Positions 59,153 through 64,000 of a stretch of 64,000 nt of DNA are shown here, in pieces. The DNA lies in IMG/VR virus record IMGVR_UViG_3300032223_002232, positions 64,001 to 128,000 of that record; one strand, written 5' to 3'. The stretch is from a virus. Position 1 is the stretch's first letter. Each line of letters begins with the position of its first letter. The notes beneath the pieces were generated by a model. That model was given only the letters and a program-made list of their open reading frames with translations, did no database searches and was not told the DNA's origin. Made by a program: the position numbers and the translations under genes.

Positions 59153-60016
59153 ATGAGTACAAAATACAACGCAAGTCTCTTTGAATCACTTCAAGAGATC
59201 ATTAACAACAAGAGTGCAAACTACGAGTCTGGTTTTAAGGATTTCCTTAAACTTGAGACAGACAAGACGTATGTTGTTCGTCTTATTCCCAATGTTGAGG
59301 ATATTTCCAAGACTTGGTATCACTATGCCCAGCACATTTGGGATAGTGTAGTCACAGGCAAGAAGGTTTCTACCCTTTGCCCTAACACCTACAAGGAGAA
59401 GTGTCCTATCTGTGAGTATCGTTCTAAGATCTGGGCTACAAAGAATCAAGATCTCATTGATGGTATCAATCCTACTAGGAAGAACAAGAGATGGCTCTAC
59501 AATGTCTTTGTTATCAAAGATCCCACTAACCCTGAGAATGAGGGTAAGATCAAGCTTCTTAATGCTGGTGAACAGCTTGAGAAGGTTATTGAGGAAGCTC
59601 GTAGTGGTGAGTTTAAGGATGAGTTTGGTTATAAGATCTTTGATCTTTCCGCTAATGGGTGCAACCTTAACATTAAGGTTGAGAAAAACAAGGGTGGTTA
59701 TCCAACATATGTAAGCTCACGCTTCACATCACCATCAAAGATTGACGCTCTTTCTACTGATGCCGCAATTGACGAGATTCATGCAAATATCAAGCCACTT
59801 GATACGATCTTCAAGGTTCGTACATACAACGAGGTCAAGGATCTTCTTGATGTTCACTTCTTGGGTAAGGATAAGTCAACCGTAACTGACGATAGTATTG
59901 ATGAGGTTAAAGTTGAGTCGGTTACTGACGATGATGATTTTAGTGTTGTAACAAACACATCAAGTACATTATCCGATCAAGAGAAGAGAATGAAGGAAAT
60001 TTTGGAGGATCTCTAA
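59153..60016 (+). CDS. gp32: single-stranded DNA-binding protein
   Basis: VRLIP, CPNTYKEKCPICE, VIKDPTNPENEGK, GCNL, acidic tail. Confidence 0.93.
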   Translation: MSTKYNASLFESLQEIINNKSANYESGFKDFLKLETDKTYVVRLIPNVEDISKTWYHYAQHIWDSVVTGKKVSTLCPNTYKEKCPICEYRSKIWATKNQDLIDGINPTRKNKRWLYNVFVIKDPTNPENEGKIKLLNAGEQLEKVIEEARSGEFKDEFGYKIFDLSANGCNLNIKVEKNKGGYPTYVSSRFTSPSKIDALSTDAAIDEIHANIKPLDTIFKVRTYNEVKDLLDVHFLGKDKSTVTDDSIDEVKVESVTDDDDFSVVTNTSSTLSDQEKRMKEILEDL

Positions 60017-60019
60017 AAG

Positions 60020-60544
60020 ATGAACGAGCGAGAGGAAGCATTTGAAGTTGCAAAACTTGCAGCTATGGTTGGTGGACAGATGAATTTAGTTGATCGAATG
60101 ACAACTGAAAGAATGTCAACCCCTGCTAATAAAATTAATATTCATGATTTTATTAATAAGGTAAAAAACCCAAATGCTTCCTTTCCTGTTTATGCTCCCC
60201 CAACTCCATCAGGATTTGCACCACCTGTTGATGAAAGAATGGTTCAATCAATGGTTCCAGATGCAGTTCCAACATACATACCACCATCAGAACAAGGTGC
60301 TGTTCAACCTCCAACTATACCAGAAACTAAACCACCAGCGGAATCTGTTAACCTTCCTCATATTGTAAAACCATCATCAACACCAATGCCACAGCTAGAT
60401 CCAATTGTTGATGGACCATTTAAACCTGTTTTAACTCGTAGTGATGTTGATAGTATTAGGAATTCGTTAAAAAATATTGACAAGACACTTGCTGGTATGC
60501 TAAAGTTCTTACAAGAAAGTGGCAAACCAAAAGCAAATGAATGA
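60020..60544 (+). CDS. Pro-rich hypothetical protein
   Basis: 174 aa ORF. Confidence 0.7.
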   Translation: MNEREEAFEVAKLAAMVGGQMNLVDRMTTERMSTPANKINIHDFINKVKNPNASFPVYAPPTPSGFAPPVDERMVQSMVPDAVPTYIPPSEQGAVQPPTIPETKPPAESVNLPHIVKPSSTPMPQLDPIVDGPFKPVLTRSDVDSIRNSLKNIDKTLAGMLKFLQESGKPKANE

Positions 60545-61292
60545 CTCCTTAATCCCAATTCCAAAAACTTCTTTGGAAAAATTATTAAAGCCTGTAAACA
60601 GGCTTACAGAATCTTGCGTAATTAGAATTGAATCTAAGAAGTTATTTACTATCTGTACATCAACAGACAATAGTGTTATTCTTTATGCTAAAACAGAACT
60701 TCCTATGGAAGTTGACCCTATAAAACTTAACTTAATTAATATTAAGAAGTTTATGACAGGTTTAGATTGCTTGGGTGATGATGGTGATTTTAAACTTTTA
60801 TATAATGATAACAACATTATATGTAAGTCTATTAACGAAGCAACTGGTGAAAATACACATTTTAAATATCATCTTGTTGATGATAATATTATTAAAGAAT
60901 CAACAGTTAATCAGGAAAGTATTGCTAAATTAAATTTTGATACAGTTTTTGAATTATCTTTAAGTAAGATTAAACAAATCATGTCTGCTTATTCTTTTAG
61001 TACAGACGTTAATAAGATTTATTTTTATACAAAAGATAATTCTGTATGTGCTGATATTGATGATAAAACCTTACAGAACATTGATAATGTTTCTTTGCAG
61101 GTATCTAACGAATTTCAAGGAGAACCCATTTTAACGCCATTGTCGCTTAAAATTGAGGTCTTTAAGAACTTGGCTACAAGCAAGAATCCTATTAAGGTAA
61201 AGATTAATAATCAATTTAAGGTATTTATTTTCCAAACACAGGAAGACCAAAACACTGAGTTAAAATATATAATTTCTGCACTTGTTAAATAA
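60537..61292 (+). CDS. gp45: sliding clamp (gp45/PCNA fold)
   Basis: About 250 aa; LLKPVNRLTESCVIRI...TDNSVILY...LKYIISAL follows the clamp pattern; in the replication block. Confidence 0.7.
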   Translation: MNDSLIPIPKTSLEKLLKPVNRLTESCVIRIESKKLFTICTSTDNSVILYAKTELPMEVDPIKLNLINIKKFMTGLDCLGDDGDFKLLYNDNNIICKSINEATGENTHFKYHLVDDNIIKESTVNQESIAKLNFDTVFELSLSKIKQIMSAYSFSTDVNKIYFYTKDNSVCADIDDKTLQNIDNVSLQVSNEFQGEPILTPLSLKIEVFKNLATSKNPIKVKINNQFKVFIFQTQEDQNTELKYIISALVK

Positions 61293-61314
61293 CAAATAAG
61301 TGGTAAGATATTGT

Positions 61315-61653
61315 ATGTCAAAAAATAAATTAACTACTGTAGGGTATTTTATTAAGCGTCTCCGTGATTGTGGATATGTAACTGATAAAGTTTTTAATGA
61401 TTTTGCAACATCTGATGCCAGATCTTGGTGTGTTGTTGTAGATCCTAGAAATACTTCAGTATTTATTACTTGTTATAATAATCATAATTATTTAGGAGAA
61501 GAATACTTTGAATTACATGACGGAGGTCAATTTATCCCTTCTCGTTTTAAATTAAAAACTAGTTCAATTGAAACTGTTATCGAATACTTGGTTAAGTATA
61601 ACATAAACAACAAATCTTCTTCATATGGTAAGGAAAAAGAAATTAACCAGTAG
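61315..61653 (+). CDS. hypothetical protein
   Basis: MSKNKLTTVGYFIKRLRDCGY... Confidence 0.7.
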   Translation: MSKNKLTTVGYFIKRLRDCGYVTDKVFNDFATSDARSWCVVVDPRNTSVFITCYNNHNYLGEEYFELHDGGQFIPSRFKLKTSSIETVIEYLVKYNINNKSSSYGKEKEINQ

Positions 61654-62020
61654 TAACCCATCTCTTTCCTCCCAAAATTTAACTAAAGAAGAAAAATCTT
61701 CTTCAGTTATGGATGAAAAACAGATAGAAGATTTGCAGAAAAAAGTATTTGCAGCTATTAACAATCTAGAGCTTCAAAAAAGTTTAGATAGATGGTTAAA
61801 AGAAAATGAAAGTAATACTGCTGTATCTAGAAGAGATTTTAATTTATTAAAAAATAGCATATCCGAATATATGGATTGCTATTTATTATTTGGATATAAT
61901 ATTAATGGTGATAGAGTAATTATTCAAAAATTTAATAAACCAAGAGACCGTGATGCTATCATGGAATTCTTAAAAACAATATTTTTAAAACAACAACACG
62001 AGAATTTTTTAGATGAGTAA
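61625..62020 (+). CDS. hypothetical protein
   Basis: 131 aa ORF. Confidence 0.7.
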   Translation: MVRKKKLTSSNPSLSSQNLTKEEKSSSVMDEKQIEDLQKKVFAAINNLELQKSLDRWLKENESNTAVSRRDFNLLKNSISEYMDCYLLFGYNINGDRVIIQKFNKPRDRDAIMEFLKTIFLKQQHENFLDE

Positions 62021-63026
62021 TATAGACGAAGACATTTATTGTAGTAAACAGCCATTCGATTCGACATTGTTTCCAATCGGTTCTGCGAATTTTATGGCTA
62101 GAAATAAAAATATATTGCCATTCCTTTGTAATCTATTGCAGTATGCTAATGATGAAACCGTTAGTCCAGTTATAGTAGAAGCTCCAGAATTCGATATAAC
62201 GCCTTTTACAGACTTTACAGGATTAACTGCCGTTGGTGATCCAAGAGTTTCTTTAGGTGAAACTATGTCAGCCACATTTATAAATTTCTTACCAAGAATG
62301 ATTGCACAGACTGAAGTTATGCAATCTGGTGGAACTCAAGTTATTGAAAATATTATTTGTAATGCTGATGGTATACCTATTAAAGAATCAAGAACAATTC
62401 CAGTATTATTATCTTTAGATTTAACTGGTCAAAAACCATATCAATATGGTGCATTAACAATTCCACCATTATCAGCAACAATTGAAGATTTAATGAAACC
62501 AATTAATCCTACTGAAGTTACGGATTATGTTAATAATTATGTATATTCTCTTAAAAAGGATCATATAACATATTTTAGTCAATTCTTACAAACATACTTT
62601 TTAAACAATGGTTGGGAAGCGTCATTAATTTCATATAATATGCCATCAGTATTTTTAGTTAAATTAGATAAAGATACACAAACAATTTATATAAAATATT
62701 ATACTGATGTTCAAAATGAAGTTGCTTGTACAATAGGTGCAACATCAATATTAACACATTTTGGAACATCAAATGTTGAAAATAGAGCAATGATTATTGC
62801 TATTGGTAATCAAATACCAGATTACAAATATTTAATTGAAAATCCAGATAAAGGTGAACAGTGGTATCAATATTTAATTGATAATACAATGGCATCTGTT
62901 GATCAAAACTTTTCTAATTTGTTTACAAATACTAATGCTGCAACAGCATATATTGCTAAGATGGATGCATTAAATGTACCAGTTGTAAGTGCAGTTGATG
63001 TAAATTGCAACATCAGCACATATTAA
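62013..63026 (+). CDS. hypothetical protein
   Basis: 337 aa ORF. Confidence 0.7.
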   Translation: MSNIDEDIYCSKQPFDSTLFPIGSANFMARNKNILPFLCNLLQYANDETVSPVIVEAPEFDITPFTDFTGLTAVGDPRVSLGETMSATFINFLPRMIAQTEVMQSGGTQVIENIICNADGIPIKESRTIPVLLSLDLTGQKPYQYGALTIPPLSATIEDLMKPINPTEVTDYVNNYVYSLKKDHITYFSQFLQTYFLNNGWEASLISYNMPSVFLVKLDKDTQTIYIKYYTDVQNEVACTIGATSILTHFGTSNVENRAMIIAIGNQIPDYKYLIENPDKGEQWYQYLIDNTMASVDQNFSNLFTNTNAATAYIAKMDALNVPVVSAVDVNCNISTY

Positions 63027-64000
63027 ACTGTGGTGCAACTTTAAGTGTTCCATCTGGATTAAATTCAGCATTTACTTGTACATAATTTGTACCATCATAA
63101 GGATCACCAGCAATACCATAATTAGAATTTCTATTAGCAGCTGCTTGTGATGGTGTTTTACTACCAAAAGCTCCACCACCGCCACCACAAGAAGATGTAT
63201 CACCTAAAGATTTAACACCCGGAGGTGTTCCCATACCATGAGGTTTAGCTGGTGTTGGTACATGACTAGGATTAGGTCTTGCGGCTCTTGATGCGGCAGC
63301 ATTATCATGTCCATCAAATGCAGGAACAGTTGTATCATGTGAATGATTACCACCCGGTGCATTATGATTATGATTATAATTATAAATTGGTATCATTGCA
63401 GGAATAACATATCCCTTCATAGCACCAGTTGGTCCTGCAACAATAACATCTAAAGGCATATATGTTGTGTAATTCATAACCCAACTATAACCAGTTGGTA
63501 AACCATAGTTATCAACTGGTGCAGCTAATGCTATACTTGAATAAGCTTCTTCAACTAATGTTTTAATTTCAGCAGGACTTATTATATTAAAAGTTAAAAA
63601 ATTATAAACATCTCTTGTAATTTTTTTTAAACTTTTATCAACTCTGTCATATATAGTTGCTTGTGGTTTGATTGGATTATTCCATGTAGCATTAGAATGA
63701 ACTTGGTGAGCAGGACCAGCAGGAGCAGATGGCAATCTTTCTGATGGTATTGTTAAATGTGTACAAAAAATCCCACCATCCATCATTAAAGAACCTTTAA
63801 GAGCCAAATCACCACTTACATTAAGTTTACCAGATACAATAGTATTATCAGATTCTATTCTAACACCAGTGTCACCAGAACGATCTTTTGCATCTATTAA
63901 AATGTTTTTACCTTTAATAAATGTTCTATTAGCTGATGTTAAAGTTAATTCACCTTGATTTGCAACAATTGTTGTTGTAGCAGCATTTAAAGTTACCTTT
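63013..64000 (-). CDS. C-terminal part of probable baseplate spike/gp5-VgrG-like protein; 5' end outside window
   Basis: Frame open to the window edge (KVTLNAATTTIVANQGELTLTSAN...), beta-helix-like strands then HNHN...HSH. Confidence 0.5.
   Translation of the reverse strand, partial: KVTLNAATTTIVANQGELTLTSANRTFIKGKNILIDAKDRSGDTGVRIESDNTIVSGKLNVSGDLALKGSLMMDGGIFCTHLTIPSERLPSAPAGPAHQVHSNATWNNPIKPQATIYDRVDKSLKKITRDVYNFLTFNIISPAEIKTLVEEAYSSIALAAPVDNYGLPTGYSWVMNYTTYMPLDVIVAGPTGAMKGYVIPAMIPIYNYNHNHNAPGGNHSHDTTVPAFDGHDNAAASRAARPNPSHVPTPAKPHGMGTPPGVKSLGDTSSCGGGGGAFGSKTPSQAAANRNSNYGIAGDPYDGTNYVQVNAEFNPDGTLKVAPQFNMC

Noticed and set aside
37567-62275. Short ORFs nested in or antisense to core genes (e.g. 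37567, 47922, 48219, 54327, 59412)
   Set aside because: Fully overlap well-supported genes and show no recognisable motifs
1-64000. Stop-codon reassignment
   Set aside because: Core genes are full length in the standard code; TAG and TGA occur at plausible gene ends

Overview
64 kb of an AT-rich, T4-like (Tevenvirinae-type core) myovirus genome read in the standard genetic code. The left part (1-37.5 kb, mostly minus strand) carries virion genes: gp6, gp25, gp16, gp23, gp22, gp21, gp4, gp13, LamG, Gly-rich and fibre proteins, gp20, a mucin-like Thr/Pro protein and gp15. It also carries scattered replication genes (gp44, gp62, primase, kinase), GroES, a heme oxygenase + bilin reductase pair and a lysis cassette. 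The right part (37.5-62 kb, plus strand) is the replication/recombination block: uvsY, uvsW, gp55, gp47, a 9-gene glycosyl/methyltransferase island, gp46, a GT-B, gp43, an internally deleted thyX, uvsX, gp41, a DHH protein, gp32 and a PCNA-like clamp. Main signals beyond annotation: (1) apparently complete avoidance of CCWGG, with all 18 Pro-Gly pairs I checked recoded to CCC/CCG-GG; (2) mostly leaderless genes whose sigma70-type promoters are fused to hairpins that hide the start codon or terminate read-through; (3) a large glycan-building toolkit plus a mucin-like virion protein; (4) a heme oxygenase with an altered distal helix paired with a PcyA-like reductase; (5) an origin-like promoter/AT-rich element; (6) a candidate unimolecular spanin. 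All family assignments are from motif recognition by eye, not database searches.
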